Notes: generated from the sequence alone by a model not told the origin. A stretch of DNA of 64,000 nt from Laetmonice hystrix (GCA_965235115.1 OZ249448.1:7688001-7752000), one strand, 5' to 3'. Numbered from the stretch's first letter, positions 12,950-26,130 are shown. A program made the numbers and translations.

Positions 12950-15900
12950 AACTATATTCTTGCGCGATTCCCAGGAGACAATCCCATTATTTTTACCGGA
13001 CTAAGTTCCAGGTCGGTATTACCTTGAAGAACTGCGGTATGAGAACCACCTTCCTAACATACTTATAATGCTGTTCGGATATATGTGAAGGGATAGCGAG
13101 GTGAAGGGACCACCCTCGGTCCGCCCCACCCTGGTCGGGTCAGAGATCCATCCCCTCCACCCAACACCGAGCTGTGAGTCTGAGACTGCTCCCTACTGCC
13201 CGTCTATGGTCACAGGACCTCCGTACACTTGAAACCCATTGGTGCAGCCTAAACACCAATCATCACACATCGGGTCCAACAACACAACATTTCATACACA
13301 CTCTCAGCGGGGGACTTTGTAACAGCCACACTGATCCCTACTCACCTCTAACCCCTGACCATCAAGGTCAGGAAGTGATCTTCGCCAAAATTATCACTTC
13401 TTATCCTTCTATGTCGCAAACGCCAACACTGAGCTACCTGATATGTAAACAGAGCTGTGGATAGGGGGCGCCTGCTCAACCTGAGCCCCCATGTCCCCAG
13501 GGGGTATGGACATTCTGTAAATGGTGATCGCCACCTTTTTGACCTTGACCTGACGATGGCAGACAGACAACAACTCGTCTGTCTGTCCTCGTGTTGGTAA
13601 CTTCTCCTGCAGGGGTTGCCCTTTGTCCAGCGGGCACTGATAACGTGCTGGATACCCGAGAGGAGGAGGTATAAGGTGTTCACGTTTTTAAATACCGGGT
13701 AACCTTGCCGCCCACCCCCTGGCCGCCTTCCACCGAACAACAACCCTCAGAGTGAAGCAGCGTGCGTTTCTCAGGTTCCCACCATGAGATAAATCCAATC
13801 TTTGTGCTTGGTAGTCTTTTTTTGCCCTTCTTTCTGCCATTTTTGTTAACCTTTCAACTCCCTGCGGTTTGCATTATAAAATCCATCCCAAGGCAAAGGA
13901 AGGTTCACGAAACCTCCCTGGGGGCAGTAGAAAACCCCCAGAGCTCCCAGAGGACACAAAACAAGACTCGGTTGTGATGTAAGGATCCGTTGTCAGTACA
14001 TATAACCGTTATTTACGTGCCGTGTCCGGACAAGCTGGTGGTTAGCGTTTGACAGCTATACTTCTAATACCTACAGCGTCTCTTCATCCCGGCCCAAACA
14101 ACACAAGCAAACTGACATCAAGTGTAAACAAGAGGGTAAACAATAAGTCTGCTTGTGTCTACAGTGTAGGATCGGATTATGTTGTGACTTCTCAAGGTGA
14201 GGAATATTACATGCCCTCACGGTGGGGTACTTGGTTCACTACCACCTAATTATACACAACATCTCGTATTTACAAACCTCACCACACACCTGGAATATAC
14301 TTACACTCTCAGATCGCTTCAAATAGTTCCACATGTACACAAGTGATTCTCAGACCATTCCATGCCCACAGTAAATGATGCTCGCCGAGGATAAACACAG
14401 ATAAATTTCTTACAAAGACCAAGATAACATGGATTGAAATCAACGGCTCAACAACTGACAAATAACTCATCTTTTTTAGGTCACCATCAGGTCAAATTCA
14501 TTACACAATGCTTCAAGCCTCGAAATGTTTTTTTTACAAGAGCCCAAATAACATTTTTCTTTTAAATTTTCTTCGCACACTGTTTGCTAATGGGCATCAG
14601 GTGCAAACAATTGGCACCGCTCAGGTGCAAACAATTGGCACCTGGCGGAGCTGTCCAAACTTGGTGGCACGATTCTTGGCAGCTTTAACCTGATAAACTT
14701 CAACCGCCGGCTCCAGTCATTTGGTTCAGCTACTTTTCAATTAGACTGAGCGAGGCAACCATTGTGTACATTTGTCATGGGAATATATTCGGAGACTGTC
14801 ACCCAGACACCCCGTGAGATAGAGATTGTCCTGGCAGAGAGATTACTACATCTGTAAACTGACTCCGCGATCTCAACGTTACATTATGAGTGTAAGCACT
14901 CACTGTGCATTATGTATAGTCGCCGCAATGTTCTAACATCTTACAGGAGCTGCGCTCTTATCTAGGACCAGACTCTGCGGTAGAAAATGAATACGTAAAG
15001 ATAAACTTCTGCAATTATCTTCTCATGTTCTGAAACCTCAATTATAACCAGGTACAAGGATACCTTGGTCAATAACAGAGTTCTAGTCCTTACTTTGATC
15101 TTGCACCAAATTTCAAGTCTACCTCTCGCATTCTTAGGGACCTATAAAAACTACTGAACCTTCCAGACATTGGTTTGTCAATGCGTCAGGTATGACTGGA
15201 CCTTCCTACCGCCGTGTAAAAACTATCAGAAAGACTTTCAAAGTCAATCAACTGAGTCCGACTTAAAGCCGTACATCAGAGAGCAGCGTTCACCAGTAAC
15301 AGCGTTCACCAGTTCACCAACACGGACGCCGACTTAGCACGGCGGCAGCCTCCTTGTATTTATCTCCCGACACCCACCCCGCTCCGACCACTAGTTTCTG
15401 CCACCGGCATTTGTTCACAGATGAACGTGCCACATACAAAGGAGTTTCTATCATCAGTGGCGCCCCCTACGGCTGTCTGCGGCCTCAAGTGTCCCTGGAG
15501 GCCCCACTGGTTTATCTCTTGCCCGACCTGTATTCTCTTTACAAACACACAATTTCACCTCCATCCACGCTCGAGACACTCTCGCAGGAATTGCTATGGT
15601 AACCACACACAGAATTTACTCGTAGCTTTGGGAGCACATTTCCTGGCCCCCGCCGCCAGGGACCACCCTAAATGGGATTACATATTCTACCTTCTGGCAC
15701 GGGAGAGCTCCCTTGTTGGAACTACATTTCCTACCTCTTGTAGCAGAAGAGCTCCCCAGTGCCTGGGATCATTATCCAACTTGTATCAGCTGAAATATTC
15801 ATAGGTTTGCGCTGTGGAAATGACATTAAAGCTTGGCCTTAAATTGATCCTGACTGTCCTTTGTGTCCCAACCTTCGTCCGGCCAAATCTTGTTACTGTC

Positions 15901-18499
15901 CTACTGTTGGCGCCCTCTGGCGTCGCGCCATAAACAGAGCTAGAATGTCATAACCACCAATCTGGGGAGATAAAGAAAGGGGAAATAAAACCTATCTGTA
16001 TCCATATAATATCAATTACAACCGTAGTGAATTTATTATAATTAAAAATGTCAATTGGTCTGAAATACCCCCCCCCCGGTCGATCAAAAATAGACGTCTC
16101 ATCTTGGAGGTTGGCCTTGTCTTTAATTGGATTGCGTGAGAGGTTTCTTCAGGTACCAGTGTGTGTCAGCTGTGTGCTCTAGGAGCCAGACACGGGACAA
16201 GAGCTGACCTACATTCGTGCCGCCCAGGGCCGTTCCCATCTGCCGCCCGTTAAACCCCAGCCCCTGTCCCCCTCCTCCCTCGATGCCTCGCCTCTTTAAT
16301 ATTTCATCTTCAGGAATTAATTTCCACCACGGCAACAATTTTGCTAAACGGACGTTTTCACGCAAACAATGATTAAATCATCACATCCCGTGGAGGTGGG
16401 CGGCGATGTGTTAGACAGTGGAGGTCTCTACTGTTACTGTGGGAGACTGTAGGGACGCTGGGATGACCTCATTGTTTCTGACTGGTCACAATCTTTGGTC
16501 ATTCCTCCAGTCATTAATTCACTGCAGGGTGTACATATCATCTGACGATCCCAACTCCCGGCCAGCCACCTGGTGATTGTCACTCCCAGCGACGTGTGAT
16601 ATCATCACACCATTCACAGATCTAGGATACCTCCCGCTGGGGATCCGTCGGCCAGCAGGTGGGGGTGGGGGGGGGGGGGGGTATGGGAATGACACCAATC
16701 TAGTCTCCTTACCACACCCAATCGTCACAGACATCACATCGGAGACACTGGGTACAAGTAGCTCACAAATCAAACACCCATTTCTTCCTTCTATTCCTAA
16801 ATCGTACTGTTATAACGTCCACATACGACTACATTTCAACTACTCCCCCCCCCCGTTATATTTTATGTTGTTAGTTTTTTATTGAGGGAGGGGGGGCCTG
16901 AACAAACTTACCGATATCATTATCGTATCATATGTACCCATCACAAAAAGATCCTTGTAAACACCAAGATGATCCAACCTTTTCATTAACACATCCTTTG
17001 TTGACATCATCCTTTTTCTTTCTTTAATATTTCAAAAAGACGTGCGGATGTAGTTTGTGCTCGTAGCGCGTGGACCGTCCTGAGAGGGGAGTATTAAAAC
17101 GTCTTCAAATGTTGACAAGAAGGGTCTCTATTGATGGCTGAGAGCTGATGGTTGCAGTACGTACACATGGCTTACAAAGAACTCGGTGAGGTGATCACCA
17201 GAATGTATTCAGTGATCCCATGTTTAGGGTCGAGTGCTGGGTGTGAGGTGGGGTGGGGGTCCTCACGGACGGTATGTGTACAAGGATTAACCGTGTTGTG
17301 TTCGTCTCCGTACTCCGACAACACTCAGGTACATGATGTCCTGTGTGGGAGAGTACAGATAATGTCCTACAAGCATTCCATAACATGGGCTATTGCCTTT
17401 ATCCGTGCGGTACTGGCCATTCGTGTACCTAGTTAAACCCCATTTTAATTAGGTTACCCTTTGTAACGCAAGACAACAATTTACAGGACATCTGTGTGGA
17501 ACAAAATCAGCGAGCAGCAGGTCGTCTGTGTCCACACCACACACCTAGTTGTAACTCGTGGTCATGGTCGGCTGGTCAGTAGCTTGGACAATAACCCCCT
17601 GCTCCAGCCTGACAACGCCAACCGCCAGTGGCCATACGTCTGGTCGGCTGACCTGCCGACACATTATAAAGTAGGCGACCGGCGGGGGGGGGGGGGGCAC
17701 CTGATGGACACATGATCTATAATTTAACTTGGCCAATGGCAATGTTTAAAGGATCATTACGATACATAATACAGTCCCTCTCCGCACCAGTCTACAGCAG
17801 GCCGGCTGGGGTAGACATGGTCCCGTGTGGGTCCCTTTAATGACGTCCAACTCAAGTGTGTGAATGTAGGCGGCCCCCCTGACCCCGAGACCATCAACTC
17901 CCGCCCCCTCCCCCCGATGTGGTTACAATTAATACAGTCAGGAGACCTAGAACATTGATTCGGTGCGTGCGTAGAAATTGATCCGGGAAGGGGGCCGACC
18001 CCAAACACACGCGATCTTCTTTCTCAGCAGAACGGGGTGTGCTCACATGTGAAATTGCCCCATACCCCCAAGGCCAGGTGCCCGTGCCCCTCAGATGAAC
18101 AATCTCTGCTGATTCATCAACCCATCTCGATCCGGGGTCACCATCCGACATTCACGGGCCACGAGTAATAAACTTTACACCACACCAACTTCATCAACTA
18201 CAGCTTTTGCCCATTTCTCGTATTCTTTTTCTCTGAACAAGTGGTAGTAATGCCGAAATACTTTCTGGAATGTTCACCAATATAAAAAATAATATTGCTA
18301 CCAGCTGTCTTACAGACGGCCAGCACTGACATGGAACTCAAACAAGATTTCGACCAGCCGAAAAAATCGATAACTTAATCAATCAATAAAACGATGATGT
18401 TTAAAACTACAATATTATATCGGAGATCAAGAAAGAGTGACCTAGTAATTTCTAATTAATCTCTAATACCTAAAGATTGAAAAGCTTCCCAAGATCCTT

Positions 18500-19480
18500 T
18501 CGACAATGTCAAGAACATTTAGAATGGGGACATTTCTAATGGAAACAGTAAAAGACAATCATCAATGGTGACCTTGACCCCTGCCGTACACCTCAGTCTA
18601 CACTCAGTATTACCAAGAAACATTTCTAATGGAAACAGTAAAAGACACTCATCAATGGCGACCTTGACCCCGGCCGTACACCTCAGTCTACACTCAGTAT
18701 TACCAAGAAACATTTCTAATGGAAACAGTAAAAGACAATCATCAATGGTGACCTTGACCCCTGTCGTACACCTCAGTCTACACTCAGTATTACCAAGAAA
18801 CTTTTCTAATGGAAACAGTAAAAGACACTCATCAATGGTGACCTTGACCCCTACCGTACACCTCAGTCTACACTCAGTATTACCAAGAAACATTTCTAAT
18901 GGAAACAGTAAAAGACACTCATCAATGGTGACCTTGACCCGTACCGTACACCTCAGTCTACACTCAGTATTACCAAGAAACATTTCTAATGGAAACAGTA
19001 AAAGACAATCATCAATGGTGACCTTAACCCCTGCCGTACACCTCAGTCTACACTCAGTATTACCAAGAAACATTTCTAATGGAAACAGTAAAAGACACTC
19101 ATCAATGGCGACCTTGACCCCGGCCGTACACCTTAGTCTACACTCAGTATTACCAAGAAACATTTCTAATGGAAACAGTAAAAAACACTTATCAATGGTG
19201 ACCTTGACCCCTACCGTACACCTCAGTCTACACTCAGTATTACCAAGAAACATTTCTAATGGAAACGGTAAAAGACAATCATCAATGGTGACCTTGACCC
19301 CTGCCGTACACCTCAGTCTACACTCAGTATTACCAAGAAACATTTCTAATGGAAACAGTAAAAGACACTCATCAATGGTGACCTTGACCCCGGCCGTACA
19401 CCTCAGTCTACACTCAATATTATCTAGGTCAATATAAAGTGGACTTACCCGGTTGGCCTTGACACCCTTGGTAAACTGTA
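18500..19480 (-). pseudogene. piggyBac-family transposase relic (first catalytic Asp region), internally amplified
   Basis: ECRLRCTAGVKVTIDECLLLF..SPF*MF aligns without gaps over 21 residues to the recalled T. ni piggyBac segment QCIQNYTPGAHLTIDEQLLGF-RGRCPFRMY (C,T,G,TIDE,LL,F identical, then PF.M). Weak upstream resemblance near 19700-19870 (MRAL..IYGFIFLC.TG). Confidence 0.55.
18530..19422. repeat. Minisatellite, 90-bp unit, about 10 copies
   Basis: Unit GAAACATTTCTAATGGAAACAGTAAAAGACA(A/C)TCATCAATGG(T/C)GACCTTGACCCCTGCCGTACACCTCAGTCTACACTCAGTATTACCAA; open on both strands (355-aa and 290-aa ORFs with 30-aa period). Confidence 0.98.
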
Positions 19481-19493
19481 TACTATTACATGC
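19449..19493 (-). other. Candidate 45-nt internal exon
   Basis: Strong acceptor TTCTTTCTTGTCCTTGTTTTGCAG and donor CGG|GTAAGT; phase-0 translation ACNSIQFTKGVKANR; product unknown. Confidence 0.35.
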
Positions 19494-20949
19494 CTGCAAA
19501 ACAAGGACAAGAAAGAACTGGTAAGTCACTGTTAATTTCTGTGTGTACCAACATACATTACCAGTACAACTATGGTAACAATACACAATGCATTGAATAC
19601 ACGTGGGACACGGCGATCAATGACTGGAGAACCCCCTGTCGTCACTAAAAACCTGGCTGCAGGTGTTCAGACTGCTCTAAGTTCTTATAGCAGTTTCAAA
19701 TGATTAAAGGCGAAGATATGACCTGAAGAGTACACGACGAACAAAGCCCTCTCGGCCTGTCAAAGTATGCTTCTTTTGTGTGACACAGTCATCTTGGGAA
19801 TTTTAAGGAACTGTTCCGGTACATAAAAATATAAAGCCATATATCAAAGCCAGTGCTCTCATCTTGGCAAGGTCTCTCTTTGTTTAAGAAGAGCTTTGCC
19901 AGGTTCTTCACCAAATCCCTTTCAATCCTTAATCTATAGAAATTTTCATCAAAGCCTATGCAGTGACCTTTTGCTGTGTTTATGTCCGCTTGAAACGGTT
20001 TCTTAAAGATTATTACATTACGGTGCCAATGTATGTTACAGCCTTCTATTATTTACATCATGCACATAAAAACATGCCCACTTGCTGTGCCAAAGGCAAT
20101 TGGCATTAAGTTGATATCATACGCGGCCAATGTATATTTCATGGGTACGTTTCTGCCTTGATGGGTTTGGAGCTGGGCTTCTTGCACGCCTGTCTGAGAC
20201 TAATTCGGATACTGCGTAGCCACAAAATATGGCAACCGGAAGGGAAAACACACAGGCATGCACCCCTCTCCCCCCCCCCCGACACAAGATATATGTCGAT
20301 CAATATGAAATTGAAGCCTTTTTTAAACCATACTTTCCTTTGCTTTTTAAAAAAAGTGGCTTCCCTTTCTGGACGTATTCTCAGATAGGGTCAATGGTTT
20401 GTGAGTAGGATACAACACTTTTCCTGCTGTTCAATCTCTGACCAACCTCTCATTGTCAGGCCTGGCATGGGGCGGCACTCTTCATCTGGGGGAAATAATA
20501 ACTCACATAAACAGCTTTTACTCAAACATTTAAACTTGTCGCTTCTTTTTGATGTAGTGCTTCATTTTCCGGACCTATCACCACAACCTAATCCACAAAT
20601 TGCTCTTTTCAGGTAATTTGATGGACTTGTTAAGCCTGCACACCACATGAACTGGATTTTTAACTCTGCTGCCAACTCAGGCGCACTGAGAAAAAAGAAA
20701 AGCTCTGGTAAAATGATGTTATGCCGACAGAGGCCGGAGGTCAAGTCGTCAGGTGAATAAATACGTGGCGGCTGCGCCAACAGGCTCTAATCGTATTTCA
20801 GCTCGACTACTGGCCATGAACACCGACTCCCGTTTCCCTCCACGCAGACGCGCTCAGCCAGAAGAGTTTAATCACACAGACAGGTGTCGCATTAACTTTT
20901 CCTCGCCGACCCCCTGCTCTTATTGCATTCATATTTAATGAACTCGGAG

Positions 20950-21200
20950 TGCACGTGGAAGGACCAGCTGGCCCCTGATTGGCCGAATCATATCCGACAT
21001 GTTCCGGTTTTCACGGCTCGTCACTCCTGCCTCTCCGGCACGCCATAAACAAACGTCTCCGCTTCCAACGCCTCGACGCTCACTTTCTTGGACCAAATGA
21101 TGCTAACTATGCGGCTATATGTAAACTAGATGACTTATCAATCGGTGGAGGGCAATGGCAGGTGGCCAATGGCGGCCTCACTCTATATTATAAAAGGTGT
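20950..21200 (+). promoter_or_regulatory. TATA/CCAAT promoter-like region
   Basis: CACGTG at 20952, inverted CCAAT (ATTGG) at 20978, CCAAT at 21166 and TATAAAAG at 21189-21196, in a CpG-rich context. Confidence 0.35.
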
Positions 21201-21889
21201 TTTCACTTCTAGCCCTTTGATGTAGGCGCCGATTTCTCGCCCAAACACCTGGTTATCTCCGACATCTACCGCCAGGCGTCGTATCGTCTTTGTAGATAAC
21301 GCACGTCAAACAGACCAACAGCTAGCACACAACGCTCTATACCGATTTGCTCCCTTTCATGAAGGAACACGGTAATTCAACTCTAATGACATCTTTGCGT
21401 TTTATGTCGGTCTCCCTTTTAAAGGGAAATGATAAACTCTTAAAAGGTAAAGCTAACCTACACACAATACTCGGCGCTTGGTTACAAATGGTGCCTCCCT
21501 TGACCTTGGCCATGTCAGAGTCATCGACAAGCACTCACTAATTATATATATTTACTTTTCAGATAACGCTTTGAAAATTGCTATGTATATAAACACCGAA
21601 TAAAGTTTGAAAAAATATGATGGAAGTTGCGGTTTTTTTTCTAACAAACGTGTATATCAGAGCTAATTGACACTGGCAGCATATGTTAGGCAAATCCAAG
21701 TAAAAACAGCTCGATTTACTATCACCTTGGGCCATGTGTAGCGGCGTCAACATGTGTACAACATACACATTGACAGCGACGATCATCAACGACGTCTGAC
21801 GAAAACACCTGTCGAGAAGGCTTTCTGATCTTTTAGATGAATTGAAAAGAAAGAAAGTTTTCTCCGTTTGCGAGTTTTTTCTTTTTCAG

Positions 21890-21919
21890 GGCTCTCATCC
21901 AAATTGTGTTTCTTACGAG
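21890..21919 (+). other. Candidate 30-nt microexon
   Basis: TTTTTTCTTTTTCAG|GGCTCTCATCCAAATTGTGTTTCTTACGAG|GTAAAT; open in all three frames; about 700 nt downstream of the TATA box. Confidence 0.35.
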
Positions 21920-24900
21920 GTAAATATTCTGGTATAGATTGTGACACAGTTCTCGTGCTAACTGCCATTTCTTATGCTGCCTTGGCCAGAGACATTACCC
22001 TATTCCCGACTGGTCCACAACCTGCACACAATTACCCTAGTCCCTCGAGGGCCTTTCTCTATCACTCGACCTGATGTCAACAATTGATGGCAAAAATGTC
22101 TGAGGGCCAACGATCAAGTCAGAGCACAAATCCTAATCATATTCAACCGGGTATTTCTACCTGGCCTAAACATTACCGGCCTCTTTTTAGGGGCAGCACT
22201 GAAACCACCTGTGGGGTTACAACTGTGAGGAAATGGGCGAAAAGGGGTGGACTGGTCACATGAAGATTTGGGTAAATCATCATATTGGCCGTCTATGTGC
22301 CCTCCGCGTCCCCGGGGGCGGCCGGAGGGCCTGTCTAATGCCGGGCTATGCTTTCCTCGGCCACCAATTAGCCTTGCTGACAACACTCCGCAAATTGGAG
22401 GAGGAAATGGCCGGGAAACGTGGCCGGAGGGTTGGAGCGGGCGGGCGGCAGTCAGAGGCCGGGGTTCTATTACAGACTCACGGCCGCTCCAGCCGGCAAA
22501 TTACCACGGACCGCTGCAAAACAATATGGACTGTTATCGCAATGCGTGTGCCCCTTCATCATGGGGCTGGAGCCTTGAGGGTAACTATGTGATGGGCGGG
22601 TGGAGGGGGAGGCGTCCGATTATCTCCCCCTCAGTGGGGGCGAGGTGAGAGCTTTGAGTAGGGTGGGTGGCGTCAGGTCAGGTGACCAGGTGGTCAACCC
22701 ACGTGACGACGCTTGGGGGATTCTTGGATTGGCCATGGAGAGAAATTCAATTCTGTCCCAAAACTAACCCTTCCCCCACTGCAAATACCACTGTGGGTAC
22801 TCAACTTACATACCCAGGTACTGAGATGACCTAGTATTATACCGTCCAATATAAACAGACCTTTGTTTTTAGTACAATGAGCACGAGTCGGAGGTGGCTA
22901 ACACTGGCTCCTGCTGTAATTGTTGCGTCCAGTTAAAGAGGGGTCCTCAATACACCTGACTGTCAGCCACAGTGACCAGACGCTATCAATGCCAGGGACT
23001 ACATTCACGCTTCATTACCCCCCCCCCCCACACACACACACACCGGTTGATCCCCCCGAACACACACCTGCTGCTGGCGCGGCCACTGAGGCAGGCCGTG
23101 TGGTGGGGGGAGGTTGTATTATACCAGGCCAGGTAACAAGTTCGGTCTGGTACGGCATGCTACCTTCTACTTCACTGCAGGAGTTGTCACCTGTACCTAA
23201 CCATCTCAACCAGGAATGATCTCCGTCTCTCAGCAACCGGCACACACGAACATCCAGCCCTACCGTGTCTGCTCGCTTGGATCAGGATTTATTTGATAAG
23301 ACATCAAAAACCAAGGTTTTCACACACTATTTGTGTGGCTTTAGAATGAAGGGAATTAAAAGGCTTGGCAACCAGCACAATCACGATGTTCAGCTAGTTT
23401 ACCCCCAATAACTGGCAGGGAGGTTTAGAGATACCCCTCTCTCCCACACGCACCCACTGCTCCCCAAACACACGACTTACCAGACTAACACAGATACCAC
23501 AGATACATAGGAGGTTAAGATTTCTTCAACACGAGTTATACGGTGTGTGCTCTTTGACTGAGATAAGGATTGAAGCTCATATAAAACACCACTCAACCTC
23601 AGACTCGGTGCCTTTACAAAAAACCACGGCAGATTTACTGCACTGATTACGGACTTCTTCTGTAATACCAAATACACCTGATATAGAAGTTGTGCTGAAT
23701 ATCAAACATGCCCTCTGCCCCCGGAGTCACAGCCTCCTCGACTAAGTACTCTTCAGTAACAAGGCCCACCAGTCTTAACTTTACTTTTTATCTCCAAGTC
23801 CGACTGAAAGATACAACTCTTCAGTTGATTGACTGATAATATTGTTTTTTGTTAAGAATTGGGCCGGCTTTTAGCACTTAGGAACAGATAACACTTCCGC
23901 ATCTATTTCTTTTCTAATTCATCACTGACTATTTTTCAGTTGATACCAAAGAGGTCAACTCCTTTACTTGTACCCGATCAGACCGTGCCTTTCATTCAGA
24001 CTCTGCTACATCAGCTAAAGAAACCTTTAAGGTCCAGTGACTTTTCTCATAATGATGTCGCTTGAATGGGTAACTGATTTATTGTCAGAGCACCTTGTTG
24101 GCGGTGTCTCATGATATAGACTATATAAGTCCAAGTTATAGCTCTCTACCTCTCAAAAGTTTTCTTTAATCTCCGCCTCCGTGCCAACATGTCGGGTCTG
24201 CCTGGCTGGAGGTGCCGCTGTGACCTTCGCTGACCCCCAGCCCGTCCTCAAGGTGGGGTTTCCGACCGATCAGTCAGCAAAAGTTGGGTAGGACTTCAAG
24301 GAGATGTTTTTGTCTTGCCCCAAGTACCTGTTGAGTTGTTCCTCGGTGGGTGCGAGGCGGACCTCCAGCCCAAACACAAGAGGTGCTTGACCGGCGACCA
24401 GACCACCCGGGCCTTGGTCACCCAACCCCACGTCCAGATCATGTTACCATGGCTACCGGTGATGACCTTTGTCTGACTGCATCCACCCCGCCATGCCACC
24501 AATACCGTGCCAACTCGGACAGGTAGGTCAACCCGGCCGACATTTTGTTGACATCGGTTTGTGTAAACGCCATCTTTGCTTGGGCTCCCCCTCGTCGGAA
24601 GATGATTTTATCAGACGATTCTTGGACAAGGTCACGACAGGTCATCGGCTCAGATCGGTTACTAGGTTAGTGGTTGCCAAGGTATTTGATTGATTGTAAA
24701 TACAAGCACCAACAGCGGATGGCTTAACCCCCAGGCCACATATCTCAGGAGGTCCCTCGTCGGCTGAGAGCCAGCCAAGGAACCAATCTACAAGCGATAA
24801 GTCTGTAATATACCGACGGCCGAGTGTTTGTGTCAGACACTTGTTTCTCACTTTGATGGTGAGGTTATCATCCTGATACACCCAACATGTCACTGACCGC

Positions 24901-26130
24901 GCGAGCCAGCTAATGGCACCACCATGTTGGCTGTCAGTCATCAGCTGTCTGACCTCGACCGCAATGATCTTTGATCGGACTACAGACGTCCACCCTTTCA
25001 AACTACACCTTCACCTCTGTCGGCCACAACGACACGGCACCGTCAAACCTCATGTCACTATGGCTACGTATGACCTTCACCTTCCGTCTGTCTGTCGGTC
25101 AGTGTTCCTGAGGCTGACATCTTGGGGAAACGTTCACCCACAGACGGCTTGCCGCACCAGTCACAATCTGTCAAAAGCTCGAATCATTCGGGGTCAAATA
25201 ACAGAGTTCTGATTTCCTTTTTCCATGCGACATGAGGTTTTCAATTACTGCCAAGTGATGAATCGCCGCCAACGTGAGCGCTTTGATAGCAGAGTAGATA
25301 CTACGTATCAAGGACCAGTCCAAAAGGCATGAGCAATGTTTACTTTCCTTCATCTCTGACTCACAAAATGTAGCTACTGCCACTGGACCAAAGGGGACGC
25401 GTTTTGGCACCGACGTCCAATATGTCATCGTCGGTTCTGTGTTCTTGCCACAGACTTCTCTCATTATGCTATATTATGTGCCAAAAGAATGTATTTTGGT
25501 GCCAGGTTTCAGTAAATACATCCCTGCTAGCTGCCAAAGATTTTTTTCCGCCCGGATAACTACGTTGAATTACAATAATAAGGGTGGTATGAACGGTATG
25601 AGAGACAGTGCCGACACAATACCCCGATGGGAGTGCCATTATGGGCGGGAGTTGGGGTTAGGGTAGGACTGGGCTAGAGTATCGTTAAACCAAATACATG
25701 GCGATGTGCTTGCTCTGTTCGCCGTGTTGTTGGCAGTGGTGGACACAACCCTCGATTGTCACCGTTTACTGTCTGCAGGATCCACGCTGATGTACAGAGT
25801 TGGCACCGACAGATTTGGTGTGTCATTGGTAGCGGGGTGGGGGTTCTGAGGGGGTCAACTACTGGGATAGACACGGTCACCCCGGCGTGTGGTTGGTCAG
25901 TGTGGGCGGGGCTAGGATACCATAAACATGGCTTCTACTCGGACTCTCAACCGGGACCGTATATGGTACTATCTGGTCCGGCGATGGAGTCTACAGGTCG
26001 AGATGATAGACTAGATAACAGATTGAACCTAGGAAAACCTTTCTGAGAACACCACCATTAACGTAAAGTCAATTTATATACTTGCTTGTAATGACCAACC
26101 GTTTACCAGGCTCTCTTCACTAACTGTTGC

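Noticed and set aside
658-19586. Long ORFs 658..1125, 8332..9555, 18519..19586 and 18565..19437 as real genes
   Set aside because: Their length is explained by stop-free repeat units; unit variation is largely non-synonymous; no coding flanks.
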